The notes under the pieces were generated by a model. The model saw only the letters and a program-made list of their open reading frames with translations. It had not been told where the DNA came from and did no database searches. A program made the position numbers and the translations under genes. Below are positions 1 through 13,701 of a stretch of 64,000 nucleotides of DNA, piece after piece. Position 1 is the stretch's first letter. Each line of letters opens with the position of its first letter. The DNA lies in the NCBI GenBank assembly GCA_964016885.1, contig OZ024740.1, positions 212,412,001 to 212,476,000 on the forward strand, read 5' to 3'. This DNA comes from Eledone cirrhosa (lineage: Eukaryota).

Positions 1-1643
1 TATGATCGCACAGCGTGTACTCCTGGACGGACTCACCTACATAAACTTTTCGGTTGAGGATAGGCGGCCTTCATGTTACCATTGGTTTAGCAGGGGTCAC
101 CTGAGGGCTTCCTGTCCTAAATTAATGAACCAAAAAAAGGCTCTTATGCCGACACCCATCAAAACAACACAACCACCAACACCACCACAACAACAACACC
201 AACACACAAAAATAACCACAACAAACACAGTCTCACCCAACCCCACTCCACCTAAAACCACTGCAAAATCACATACAGACACAACAGCTCCCCAATCACA
301 CAGACGATACAACAGATGAGGCTATCTCGCCATCACCCAGTGAAGACGAGGGAGAATCGCATCGCTCGAAAAGAAAGAAAAGACATCACAAAAGCAAAAA
401 ACCAGCAAACACTACCACAAACATACAACCACCAACAGAAACAACAAAAACATCACAAACAAAACCCCCACCTCCTGAAAACAAAATACCTACAACAAAA
501 CGAAAGCACACACAAGAACTACAGACAAAAATTAACACAACACAAGAAAATTACACTTACACTTACATAAACACTGAAAACAAAACACTAATGGAGACCA
601 TCACGAACGACCCTTCGGCTTTCACCGAAGGGAAAACTTTCGCCCACTCTATTAAAAATAGCAAAAAACTGAACCTAAAACTGATTAGGGTCCCTATATA
701 AACTTATAGGTCCCTAAAAGAAACATTTGAGAAGGATGTGGGGAATTCCTGCGTGAAACCACTCAACCGCGTCCTTCTCAAATGTCTCCCCACCCCAGAC
801 ACCCCCATCCCACCAGACCCCACCCCACCAAACATCTGCGTCCCCACCCCGCCGGAAACCACCACCCATCCAGACAACCCCTCCAACACCCCCATGGAAA
901 TCGTGCGGCCTGGTCCCCAGGAGACGAGGGGTGAGTGATCTCTTTTCCTCTTTTAACTTTTCAGCACCAACATGGCCAATATAAGAATTGGATGTGTGAA
1001 CGTACGCGGCCTGGGGATGACCTGGAAACAGGGCAAACTCTTAAACGACCTCAGGTCGCACAGTATGGATGTGGTAGCCATTTGCGAGTCCAGGATCCAC
1101 GGTGAAGGACAGCTGGCCCCATCTTCGATGACTTTGAGATCTACGCATCTCTCTGTCAACCGGCGGTGGGGGCGGAGTTGCCGTTTTGCTGCGGAAACAC
1201 CTGGGCCTCGTAACACAGACGGTACATATGGACCCGGAGGGTCGACTGGTGGTCCTAGATGTTGACGGTAGTGAAGGTGGAGCCTTCAGGCTGGTGGCTG
1301 CATATGCCCCATCCGGGACACCGCGGCCAGACTTCTTCAAACGTCTAGAGACTTTTCTGGGAACGTCTCGGACCCTCGGGCCTTCTCTCTATATCAGCCT
1401 GTAGGTTGAGGAAAAGGAGGAGGAGAGGAAAGGAGTACAAACGCTTCGTACTCCTGGAGATGAGGGTTGCACATTTTTTTTCGGGGGTATGTGTTACTCA
1501 TATAAACTGTCTCCCTCTATTGGGGAAAATCGACTAACTTTTTAAATTCCATTTGTGATAACATTTTACACGTTTTTATTGTATCTAAACTTCCCCCTTT
1601 ATATTTGTCTCCTTCTTTTGTGCCCCTGTGGCTAATAAAAAAA
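1..1643 (+). mobile_element. Tx1/L1-clade LINE copy 1, internally deleted, 5' part outside the window
   Basis: ORF1 3' half, then the APE endonuclease N-terminus (NVRGL...VAICES...GGAFRLVAAYAP) fused at about 1377 directly to the ORF2 C-terminus GPSLYISL*. The 3' UTR ends CCCTGTGGCTAATAAA. Confidence 0.85.
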
Positions 1644-1653
1644 TATATCTATC

Positions 1654-4600
1654 AGACGTGTGTAACTTCGCGGAGAAGTTTCCGTTAATTTATGTAAGAA
1701 AAAAACGTAAGTTTTTAGTTAAATTTTATATCATTGTGTAACTCGACCCCCCGTCGGGACCTTCAGGTGGTGGGTCAACTCATTTTCGCCCCTACAGGGG
1801 CGGAATATCCATTTGAAATATTTTTTCTCCATCGAATCTTGGAAAAAAATATTGTAAAATTTTGATTACGTTATGAACGCTGCGTCCAACGATAATGGTG
1901 GTGGAGAGGCGGTAAGACTACAAAGCTCGCAGTCAACAACGTCTTCTTCACTAGATACTATAGAGATGGAAAGACGAAATGAAAATGTAAAAACGAATTC
2001 ATATCCAAACAACACAAATGACACCTAACAATTCAATGACAACAAAAATAACAGCAACACCAATAATGATGATAAAAGTAACAATGATAACAACAACAAA
2101 GAAAAAAATAAAGACAACACCAATAACACCAGCATCAAAGACAACAACAACACCAAGGAAAATACGAATAATACCAACATCGGTGACAACTGGAATAACA
2201 ACAACAATAACAACAATAATGACAAAACCACCAATACGGATTCTACAAAGAAACCAAAACTTCCTTTGCAGAGAAAGTTCAAAAAAAGGAGGAATTGATA
2301 TATCTCGACATAACAAAAGCTGAACAACTTTTAAAGGACGCTAGGAGATATGTCACTTTCGAAAAAAATGGTGCTTTCAGCATCAATTCTCCGGTAGAAA
2401 TTCGCAAGGATACTGCTCTCAAAACGATAGTTTTTAGGACAGTTTCCAATTCTACCCGACAACCAGTCCAATTGACGGCCCAAAATTACTCTGTGTCGCC
2501 AATTGTATCCAACCTCTACACCTTTTTCCCTACATACATGGGAAAAGGGACACAAAAGATCAGAATCACGACTGTCACACCAAAGGTGAACATATGGTGG
2601 ATACTGTGCGGCTTCATCAATTTTGATGAAGACAGAATACTGTCAGTAGGAAAGTCCCCCAGAGATGTATTCAATGGGACTAGCATTGAAATTCTGGTGC
2701 AAATGAGCCCAGAGCGAATAGCTATGATCCCACAACGTGTACTCCTGGACGAACTCACCTACATAAACTTTTCGGTTGAGGGTAGGCGGCCTTCACGTTA
2801 CCATTGGTTTAGCAGGGGTCAGCTGAGGGCTTCCTGTCCTAAATTAATGAATCAAAAAAGGCTCTTCTGCCGACACCCATCAAAACAACACAACCACCAA
2901 CACCACCACCACAACAACAACACCAACACACAAAAATAACCACAACAAACACAGTCTCACCCAACCCCACTCCACCTAAAACCACTGCAAAATTACATAC
3001 AGACACAACAGCTCCCCAAGACATACCCCTCCCCAATCATACAGACGATACAACAGATGAGGCTATCTCGCCATCACCCAGTGAAGACGAGGGAGAATCG
3101 CATCGCTCGAAAAGAAAGAAAAGACATCACAAAAGCAAAAAACCAGCAAACACTACCACAAACATACAACCACCAACAGAAACAACAAAAACATCACTAA
3201 CAAAACCCCCACCTCCTGAAAACAAAATACCTACAACAAAACGAAAGCACACACAAGAACTACAGACAAAAACAAACACAACACAAGAAAATTACACTTA
3301 CACTTACATAAACACTGAAAACAAAACACAAATGGAGACCATCACGAACGACCCTTCGGTTTTCACCGAAGGGAAAACTTTCGCCCACTCTATTAAAAAT
3401 AGCAAAAAACTGAACCTAAAACTGATTACGGTCCCTATACAAACTTATAGGTCCCTAAAAGAAACATTTGAGAAGGATGTGGGGAATTCCTGCGTGAAAC
3501 CACTCAACCGCGTCCTTCTCAAATGTCTCCCCACCCCAGACACCCCCATCCCACCAGACCCCACCCCACCAAACATCTGCGTCCCCACCCCGCCGGAAAC
3601 CACCACCCATCCAGACAACCCCTCCAACACCCCCATGGAAATCGTGCGGCCTGGTTCCCAGAAGACGAAGGGTGAGTGATCTCTTTTCCTCTTTTAACTT
3701 TTCAGCACCAACATGGCCAATATAAGAGTTGGATGTGTGAACGTACGCAGCCTGGGGATGCCCTGGAAACAGGGCAAACTCTTAAACGACCTCAGGTCGC
3801 ACAGTATGGATGTGGTAGCCATTTGCGAGTCCAGGATCCACGGCGAGCGACAGCTGGCCCCCATCTTCGATAACTTTGAGATCTACGCATCTCTCTGTCA
3901 ACCGGGGGGTGGGGGAGGAGTTGCCGTTTTGCTGCGGAAACACCTGGGCCTCGTACCACAGACGGTACATCTGGACCCGGAGGGTCGACTGGTGGTCCTA
4001 GACGTTGACGGTAGTGAAGGTGGAGCCTTCAGGCTGGTGGCCGCATATGCCCCATCCGGGACACCGCGGCCAGACTTCTTCAAACGTCTAGAGACTTTTC
4101 TGGGAACGTCTCGGACCCTGCAAAAAAGATCTGTCCGAGGTGCGTGCGAGACGAAGAAACCTTCGCGCACGCATTCATACACTGCCCGGGCGTCACTGAC
4201 CTGTGGGGCTATGTAGAACGACTATTGTCGCGGGTGGGACCAATCCAGTTGATCACCGAGTCCATTGTCATGATCAAACCGCCACTCTCCTTCAAAAACG
4301 AAGGAGAGGCGGTTATTCTTTGTGTGATAGCTATGGCGAAAGAGGTTGTATGGTGGACAAGGTTGAAAGGGCTGAGGTCAGACACCTTTCTCTCCGGCCA
4401 ACAACTGATTCTTTTTTTCAAATACTACTTTGGAAGAAGAATCAGGATGGAGGAGAGGTGCTGTACCCCAGCAAGTTTTATGAAAGGTGGGTGAAAGTGG
4501 CGAGAATGGCCCGAGTGAATGGGCCTTCTCTCTATATGAGCCTGTAGGTTGAGGAAAAGGAGGAGGAGAGGAAAGGAGTACAAACTCTTCGTACCCCTGG

Positions 4601-4788
4601 AGATGAGGGTTGCACATTTTTTTTTTAGGGGGTATGTGTTACCCATATAAACTGTCTCCCTCTATTGGGGAAAATCGACTAACTTTTTAAATTCCATTTG
4701 TGATAACATTTTACACGTTTTTATTGTATCTAAACTTCCCCCTTTGTATTTGTCCCCTTCTTTTGTGCCCCTGTGGCTAATAAAGAAA
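1654..4788 (+). mobile_element. Tx1/L1-clade LINE copy 2, non-autonomous (RT deleted)
   Basis: 5' UTR, frameshifted ORF1 (about 1874-3679), and APE 3713-4113 joined to the C-terminal CCHC region (CPRC..ET..HAFIHC). Near-identical to copy 1 where they overlap. Confidence 0.88.
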
Positions 4789-5020
4789 TATATCTATCTA
4801 TCTCTCTTTCTGTCTGACGTGTGGAACATCGCCGGTAAGCTTTTTTGTTAATTTCTATGCAAAAAAACGATCTAATTGTTTGAAAAAACACAACACTTTG
4901 CAGATTAACCCCCAAGCTGAATTGTCAGCAGGGTGGTAATTCCATTTTTCGCCCCCGCAGGGGCGAAAATTTTATTTTAAAAATTTGTTTTAAAATATCA
5001 GATTTTACAAAGTAAATAAC

Positions 5021-6913
5021 TTGAGCAACACTAGAACGCTGGAGAACGTTAATAGTGAAAACAGAGAGAAAGTGGCAGATATTAACGTTATATCTGCTTC
5101 TGCTACTATGGACGTCGCCATAGATACAACTGTCACAAAAGAAAAAAATATATTAACATTTGAAAATTTTACAATTTCTACCGCGGAAAAAAATAACAAT
5201 AACACACAGGAAAACACAGCAAAAAAACCCATTGACATACATACACATGAAAAAGACATCAACAACTCTACAGATACATCTACACATAAAGTTTCACCTC
5301 GACAAGGAACTGAGATTTCCAATAAAGATAACAACATCATCAACAGCAATACCACACAAAAAAAGAAAATGTCTTTCGCTGACACAGTGAACAAGAAACA
5401 AGATCTTATAAATCTTGATATCTCCAACGCAAGAGATATGCTCCAGCAAGGGAGAAAATGTGTAACTTTCGAAGAAAGAGGTGGGTTTAGAATTAACTCA
5501 CCCCTTGAAATAAAGGAAAACACAAACCGCGGATCAATCACTTTTAGGACTGTGTTAAATTCGTCAAGAAAGCCGACATTTGTTAATCAAGCAGATATAG
5601 AAGATTCTTTCAAGGAAATTCTAGCAAATGTCGATTTTCTCCAGCGAGGAAAACACTACGAAAGTGTTTCCGTACTGTTTAAAAGCGAGGCACTCGCCCC
5701 AAAAAACTCTGTGACACCAATAGTGTCAAAAGCATACACCTTTTTCCCTACATACATGGGGAAAAGGACACAAGAAATAAAAATAAAAAACATACCTCCA
5801 AGCATTTACATCTGGTGGATCTTGGCTGGCTTCGTAGAGCCAGAAACAGACATAATACTTTCGATACGAAAATCTATTCGACAAAGGTGGGCGGGCACAG
5901 ATTTGGAGATTCTGTTGCAAATGAAACCGGAGAGAATCTCCAAAATACCCGAAAGAGTCGTTATTGATAATAACAACAAAATAAACATTTCGGTAGAAGG
6001 ACGAAAATTTCATTGCTTTCGCTGTGGTAGCACAGCTCACCTAAAAGCTTCTTGTCCACAAACACACAACAACATCATAAAAAAACGCTATTACCAACAC
6101 CAACACCAAAACAACCACCACCACCACAAATACAACGACAGACGAAACGAGCAACCACACCAAAACAAACAGACACTCAACCAACAACAACAGAAAAAAC
6201 AGAGACAACACCCCTGAAGAACACATCCCCACTCCATCCCACTCCATCAAACACTACCACAAACACACATACCGAAACACCACCACCACCACACAACATA
6301 CCCTTACCCCCCACACCTGACGATGATTATTCATCGACGGATGAAGCTGCTTCTCCTCCTTTAAGTGAAGAAGAGGGAGAACCGCGGAAATCTAAAAAAC
6401 AAAAAAAAGAGACATCACAAAACCCCCAAAACTCCAATCACCAACACCAACACACAACCACAGACACAAACAACAACACAAACAACACCACAGTCAAACA
6501 CCCCCCTATCAGCAAAACCAGCACCAACACCACCCCAAACACAAGCACCCACCATAAAAAGAAAACTCCCGGACGAACAACAAACTAAAACAACACAACA
6601 AAAACACAAACAACAATACGCATAAATCAACGCAAACAACAAGAGTTTGATGGAGGTCATCTCCCAAAACCCCAAGGTGGAGACGGAGGGCAAAACTTTC
6701 GTCAATGCAGAATCGTCTCCACACCTTAAACTTATAAGGGTTTCTATGGAAACCTATAAAGACCTAAACATTAAATTTTCACAGGACGTGGGCAACCCCT
6801 GCCACAAACCCATCAACCGCGTCCTGTTTAAATGTTTCCCCACCCCACCCAACACCCCATCCAGCACCCAAATGGAGATTGAACAACCCGATCTCCAGGA
6901 AACGAAAAGGTAA
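5021..6913 (+). pseudogene. Tx1-like ORF1 (RRM-like region, CCHC knuckle, Thr/Pro-rich linker), frameshifted
   Basis: Three consecutive ORF pieces in different frames (5021-6217, 6052-6588, 6647-6913), homologous to ORF1 of copies 1 and 2. Confidence 0.8.
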
Positions 6914-6954
6914 GTGCACCTTTCGCCCTTTTTCTCCAACTTTTCCTCACCAAC

Positions 6955-9900
6955 ATGGCTGGTTTACGAGTTGGAACCGTGAATGTGCGTGGCCTAGGGA
7001 TGCCCTGGAAACAGGGCCAACTTTTAAACGACCTTAGGTCACACAGTATGGATGTGATAGCCATCACCGAGTCCAGGATCCACAACAGGCAGCAACTAAC
7101 CCCCATCTTCGACGACTTTGAGATCTACGCATCTCTCTGTCAGCCAGGAGGTGGAGGTGGAGTGGCTGTTATGTTTCGGAAGAACCTGGACGTCGGAGTA
7201 CAGCAAGTACACTTGGACCCGGAGGGTAGACTGGTAGTCCTAGACGTGAACAGTATCGGAGGAGGAGCCTTCAGACTAGTGGCCGTTTATGCCCCGACCG
7301 GGCAATCGCAATCACGGCCAGACTTCTTTAAGCGTCTAGAGTCTTTTCTGGGAACGTCTCGCTCCTTACTTTTAGTGGGGGACTGGAATGGTATCCTAGA
7401 TGCACGATGGCTCTATGTGGGAGCATGTCCCAGTAGAGCGGGGTGCAACAGCCTCAAAACTTTAATCGGCCAATTCCAACTGGCCGATAGGTATCGACTG
7501 GATTTCCCGACTGCACCACAGTGGACGTGGGTAAACCGCAGTGGGACATCTAGATCGTATTTAGATAGGTTCTTCATTAGAGAAAGGGACAAGGAGATGT
7601 TAAGCTGTCCACGAATGCACATGGTTGCCTATTCAGATCACAAGTTAGTCGTCTGCTTAGTCAACCGTGATAGAATACATAGACAGGGTCCCGGATACTG
7701 GAAGCTGAACGTGTCGTTGCCGGCACGTAAAGCTTACAGTGAACGGATAAGTAGACTAGTCAAGCAACAGTTAACGGGAGCCATCGTCAACAATAGATGG
7801 TGGTACTCTCTCAAGAAAGCAATTAGAATAGAATCGATAGGGTATAGCAGAGAGTTAGCCTTAGAGAAAAACAGAATAGAAAGAGAACTAGTAGCCAAGG
7901 TAGATGAGGCACTTAGAAGTGGCAACGCGGCTAGAGTGTTAGCGTCGAGAACGGCACTGGACCAGTTCTTCGATGCGAAACACGAAGGCTGCGTGGTCAG
8001 AAGCAAAACACGTGCTCTAGGAAACGAAGGAGCGAAAGCTGTCAGCTGGGCCCGAGTGGCGGAGGCAAAAAGTGGCAACAAGACCACGATTCGGTCTTTG
8101 AAAGACAAAAACGGACGCGTGCAACTTGACCCCAAGCAAATGTGCGCGGCCTTTCAGCGGCACTTTGCGCGACTGTTTGAGCAGAACGACGGTGAGCCGA
8201 ACGGGGCAATGGACTTTAATTCATACCTCGACGGCCTGCCGCGTCTCTCGAACACGGAAGCCGAGTTCTGCGAAAGACCGATCACGGACACTTAGATACG
8301 GGACGCTCTGGGCCGCTGCGGGAAACGCAAGTCACCCGGTCTAGATGGTCTACCCTACGAATTTTACATAGGCATGCCAGACTTGTTCTCTGGCGTTCTC
8401 GAAGCCGTCTACTGCAATTGGCAGCAGAACGGGAGAATTCCCAGTTCTGCAGGCAAGGGCGTAGTAACGCTGATCAGGAAAGACGAGAACAAGGTGGACG
8501 AAATTAACAACTTCAGGCCCATAAGAGTTAAACACAGGCTCAACACAGAGTTAAAAATTTTGGCCAAGGTGCTAGTGACGAGGCTGGCGCTTGTCGTCGA
8601 GAAACTGGTAGGGAAAGCGCAAACGTGTGCAATCCCGACCAGGTCCATACACGACAACCTCCACTTCATGCGATACATCATAGAGAGGGTGGGTAGTAAA
8701 CCCGGCTTCGGTGGGGCTCTGATCAACTTGGATCAGTCTAAGGCATTCGATAGGGTCGACCATCGATACTTGGAAGCGGTTCTCAAGGCGGCCAGTTTCG
8801 GTCCCATGTTCAGAGGATGGATCGAGGCGATGCACACCAGCATCTGCTCGAGGGTCAAGGTGAATGGCTACCTATCGGAGCCGTTCGCAATCACGCATTC
8901 CATTCGACAGGGATGCCCTCTCTCCTCCATTCTGTATGTATTGACTCTAGAGCCACTACTGCGGAAATTGGAGCTGTTGCAGGGCATCCCCCTAGAACCG
9001 GGACTGCGCAAAGCGGCGTCGGCTTATGCCGACGACGTAACGGTAATGGTGTCGAGCACCTCAGAAATCGGGGTGATCGGCAACTTACTGAAAGAATACG
9101 AAACGCTGACGGGAGCAAAATTAAACCCAGACATGTCTGTCGGTTTGCAACTCGGTACGTGGAGAGGCAAACCGATTACATCCGACAGCGTCGTTGGACG
9201 CTAGACGGACGGACCGGTGAAATTGCTCGGGGTCTGGTTCGGTCCAGACCTCCAGTTGGAGAAAAACTGGAACGAGGTCACGGCCAAGGTGTTTGCACTC
9301 ACTCAGAAGTGGGCAGAGTGCAAACTGTCCTTGAAATGTCGATCGGAGGTGGCGAAAACTTTCATAGCGTCCGTCATCTACTACCGCTTGACTGTCGTGC
9401 CTTGTCCCCGTGAACACCTCGCCAAGATGGAACGCATGCTCTTCTAATTTCTGTGGAAGAAGCAGGCTCCGCTGGTGAGGAGATCCGTCTGCTGTCAGCA
9501 CCCTTCCAACAGAGGGCTGGGAATGCCGTGGCTGATGATGCGCAAACATGCGCTGAGGCTGCGGCATCTCCAGGTATTCCTCACCGACCCCCAACCGGTG
9601 TGGGCACCGTTTGTGAGACAGGCTTTCCCACAGCTCGTCTCGCTAACGGAGCTGCAGTCCTGGGTGAAGAAAAGACCGAAAACGATGGGCGCCTGGCACA
9701 TTGAATGCGCTCAGGCGCTCACAGTCCTCTGGCAAGCGGGCGCAGCAATCAGTGGAGACTCCACTTCGACATTCTATAGAGGGATTGTACGTTACAAGGG
9801 CGACGACGTGCTCGGAGAGACTCAGGTCGTCGAAGAAGATGAGCTCACCAGTCTGTTTGGTAGGACTTTCCGCCCGGGACCTATGGACAACTTCCAGAGG

Positions 9901-10410
9901 TCCCTGGCCTGGCAGTGCTACCGAGGAGCTCTACCGGTTCGTGACAAGATCTACAGGCACGGACGCCCTGGCAGTGATCCTTCCAAGAGGACGTGTCCAA
10001 GATGTGCGCAGGACATTGAAACAGTTCTGCACGCAATTGTACACTGCCCGGGCGTAAGCGACCTGTGGAACTATGCAGAACAACTGCTGTCGCGTATGGG
10101 ACAAATCCAGTTGACTGCCGAGTCCATAGTAAGGATCAAACCGCCAGCCTCTTTCAAAAACGAAAGAGAGGCGGTTTTCCTCTGTACGGTGGCTATGGTG
10201 AAAGAAGTTATATGGTAGACGAGGTTGAGAGGACTGAGGACAGATGCCTTTCTCTGCGGACAACAATTGATTCCCTTCTTTAAGTATCACTTTAGAAGGA
10301 GAATCAGGGTGGAGAGAGAGGCACTGCACCCCAGTAAATTTACTGAAAGGTGGGTGAATGAAGCGAAAATGGCCCGAGTGATTGGGCCTTCTCTGTTTAT
10401 AAGCCTGTAG
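6955..10410 (+). pseudogene. Tx1-like ORF2 (APE + RT + zinc finger) with four in-frame stops
   Basis: The pieces starting at 6955, 8374, 9217, 9475 and 10225 are all in one frame. Stops at 8293, 9202, 9445 and 10216 replace residues that are E, W, K/R and W in sister copies. Confidence 0.9.
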
Positions 10411-10759
10411 GTTGAGGAAGAGAGCAAAAGGAAGAAAGGAGCACTTGCACAACACGCTCCTGGAGTTGAGGGTTGTTCTATCGACGGGGTATTAAACAAG
10501 CCATTTTTGGCGCTTGCCCCCTATTGGGGATTTCGATTGATGAAATTGTTTGTTTTTATATTTTTTACACGACTGTATGTAAAATCCCCGGCATGTCTTT
10601 GTATTGTACCCTTTTCTTGTTGCGCCCTTGTGGCTAATAAAGAAATCTATCTATCTATCTATCTATCGATCGATTGATCTATCGATCTATCTCTCTCTAT
10701 ATATATATGAAAATTTGACACCTAGTCCATATTATTATTAGTATTGTTCACCTACACAC

Positions 10760-11710
10760 ATATAAATAACACTTATCTCACAGAAAACCCATACAACCCC
10801 AAAAGAAAAATTCCTCAATGACATCGAAGATTTCCAGCAAACGCTTTCCAGGGGGATGTACAAAGACATCATTCAGGAGAGGGCCACAACCAGTCAGAAC
10901 GACGGAAGAACCGTCCTTCCTCCACAAGAACTGTGGGAAGTGGTCTTTCCCCATTTTCCCACTCTTTTTCAACATTGCCTTACTCAGAATAGGCAGTGTA
11001 AATGCACGTAGCCTGGTATCATCATAGAAGCAGGGCCACCTGCTCAATGACCTCAGGTCAATAAACATAGATGTGGTGGCCATCAGCAAGAATTTCCGAG
11101 GCACAAGCCTTCGCACCAGTCTTCGACGGTTACGGTGTGTACGCATCTTCAAGCCGACCGGGATCGGGAGGCGGAGTAGCACTGTTGTTTCGGAAAGGCC
11201 TGGACCCAGAAGGTAAGCCGGTGGTGCTGGACGTGAACAGAAGCAAAGGCGATGCTTTCAGGCTAGTGGCTCTTTAAACCTCGCAAACCTGTTCAGACGT
11301 TTCCAACTTTCTGAGAGGTACCGACTGGATTTCCCGAATGTGCCAATGTGGACATGAATAAACCTCATGGGTCATCCAGATCGTACGTAGATAGGGTGTT
11401 TTGTAAAGAAGTAGATAGTTCTAGCATAGGTTGCCCACAATTCAAGATAGTCAACTACACGGACCACAAATTTGTGATTTGTGTAATCGACTTAGATAGG
11501 CTTCATAGACAGGGAGGTCCACAGCGGGTGCATGTTACTCGATCCCGGGAAAATGTGTTCGGCTTTTCAGCATCACTTCGCTCGGCTCTTCGCGGACAGC
11601 GGCGGGCCGGATAGCAGAATGGACTTTAGTGCTTACCTCGACGTTTTGTTGCGGCTCTCGTTCACTGAGGTGGAGTGTTGCGAAAAGCCGATAACAACTT
11701 TAAAGTACGG
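10760..11710 (+). mobile_element. Degraded Tx1-like fragment (ORF1 end plus APE region), related to the 32.4-38.6 kb family
   Basis: LRIGSVNAR, GGGVALLFRKGLDPEGK, SRSYVDRVFCKE and YTDHKFV, with multiple deletions. Confidence 0.8.
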
Positions 11711-12161
11711 GAGGCAACAATTAAAAATTTGTTGTAGTGATGTCTACCATAAATTCATAGCGAAAAGCCTTCAAAATATTTTAAATAAACATACAGTATA
11801 TTATTAAATATACAATACGTATATTCATATGAATGTACGTATCGCTATTTCAGAGCTCCAACACAAATTTCTAATTGTTGCTGGGCCAGCTACCGCTCTG
11901 TATGTTAATGATTTGGTTTTTTCCTAGAATATATATTATGTACGAAGCTGAATTTTTGGCTTTTGAAGCGCTGAGAATATATGTATGTATATATATAAGT
12001 ATAAAGAAAGTGCTTAATGTCACCTTCCTTTTAAATGTATATTTTCAGCGGAAGTTGTCAAGGACTATGTTATCTTCAATGTCATTTTCTCTTAATGATA
12101 TAATATGGTTTAATAAAGATCTGATGACTATTTTCAGCTAAAGTTTTCTTCATTGGATAAA

Positions 12162-12246
12162 ATGGTATCACTTCAGAAGCTGCGTAGGAGTTTTGTTATA
12201 TTTGTAACAATATTATTTGTTGCAATTATAATATTGAAATTTCAAC
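12162..12246 (+). CDS. Coding exon 1 of HtrL/YibB-like type II membrane protein (signal anchor MVSLQKLRRSFVIFVTILFVAIIILKFQ)
   Basis: AAAATGG start context. Basic N-tail plus a hydrophobic stretch of about 16 aa, ending in the consensus donor C|GTAAGT (phase 1). Acceptor-like TTTTCAG at 12131-12137 upstream. Translated by hand; not in the ORF track. Confidence 0.7.
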
Positions 12247-12938
12247 GTAAGTTATATTTCATTTCTTATAATTTTCATTATAATTTTACATTTCTTTTAT
12301 TTTAAAATCGCATTTTCCACATTATTAGATGTTTTTGTTTAATTCATATGTTTTAATAAAGTGTTATTGTTGATGTGAGATAAGTCAGCTGTGTTTTATA
12401 TAAATTTAGTATTGAGTTCATAAAGAGATTAAAGAATCTTATTAATGTTTCAAATAAACCAAATGTTCTGGTTTAGAGTGAACATGAAGAAAGCAATAGT
12501 CCAAAGTAGGAATCAAAGTAGAAATATATAAAATGTCCATTAAGCCATAGATTTGTTTCTGTTATTATTTGTACTGAAACTAATGTTTTGATATTATTTT
12601 TGTTTAGAGTTTATCAAGTTAAAGTTAGAATTAGTTATTTATATATGGTTTTCAGTTAAGTTTAACTGAATATGACATATCAACGTTTTTTACCAGTAAT
12701 TATATCAGGATGGAATCTTCTACAATTTACTTTGACATTCTTGCCCAGAAATAATTCCAAACACCATTATTCATGCCAGTTCTACTCAATAGTACTTTAC
12801 AAAGACAAACCCATTAGAGAGAAACTGATGTGAAAAATGTAATTTTAATGTAGATCTCATTTTTATTTAAATATTTAATATTTAAATATATCAATATTAT
12901 GTATTGTATTTCAATAATTATTTTTATATTATTTACAG

Positions 12939-12985
12939 GCCAGGAATTTGTAGAAAAGACTAAGTTTAAACTTATAGGAGCCTAT
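12939..12985 (+). CDS. Coding exon 2 of HtrL/YibB-like gene (RQEFVEKTKFKLIGAY)
   Basis: Acceptor TTTACAG| and donor |GTAAGA. The 47-nt open exon converts phase 1 to phase 0, exactly bridging exon 1 and exon 3. Confidence 0.6.
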
Positions 12986-13292
12986 GTAAGAATTTCTTAA
13001 ATTTCTTCTTAATATATTTTAGTAAAAGAAAATTGAACTATGGGAATAAAAGTATTGATGCATTATTTGGGAATATTGTCCTTCTTAATATGTATGTATG
13101 TATATATATATATATATATCTATACGGGATAACAAATAATAGTTATATGCAGTCCACTTAGGTGTAGTCCAGTTATGGTATTCCGGGTAGTGGATGATAT
13201 CAACGCTTGGCTTGGTTTGACTCAACAAGACGTTTTCATAGTGATGTTGCGAGTATGATGTAATTCCTATGTTGTAAACACTTGGAGTAATA

Positions 13293-13701
13293 ATAAATCA
13301 GGAAAGAAGATTGACATGGTTTGCTATACAAAAAAAGGTTTTTAATCTCATTGCTGACAATTGTTTCTCTGAACTGGTAGGTCTAGAGATCTCTATCCGC
13401 TTGTTTTCACGTTACTCGATCGCCAATACAAAATTATAACCAGTCAGTTCTTCGGAGCAAGCGAGAATGAAGAGGATATACAGGCATGAAAGGAATATAC
13501 AGGCTACTATATGAAGTAGTAATGGCATTCAGTTAGAACAATAATAACAGAACTGACTGGTTATAATTTTGTATTGGCGATCGAGTAACGTGAAAACAAG
13601 CGGATAGCGATCTCTAGACCTACCAGTTCAGAGAAACAATTGTCAGCAATGAGATTAAAAACCTTTTTTTGTATAGCAAACCATGTCAATCTTCTTTCCT
13701 G

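Larger units (their letters stand above)
4815..10645 (+). mobile_element. Tx1/L1-clade LINE copy 3, full length, inactivated
   Basis: ORF1 5021-6913 with zinc knuckle CFRCGSTAHLKASC. ORF2 6955-10410 has APE, RT (DQSKAFDRV, QGCPLS, YADD) and a C-terminal zinc finger. The 3' AATAAA is followed by (TCTA)n. Confidence 0.93.

Noticed and set aside
931-964. 34-nt mini-intron fusing ORF1 to ORF2
   Set aside because: The splice would be out of frame with the ORF2 ATG, and the AG is absent in copy 3 and in families A and B.
8293-10218. Programmed readthrough or A-to-I rescue of the ORF2 stops in copy 3
   Set aside because: Two TAGs replace Trp and could be edited, but the other two replace Glu and Lys/Arg, and ORF1 is frameshifted. 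Ordinary decay explains it.
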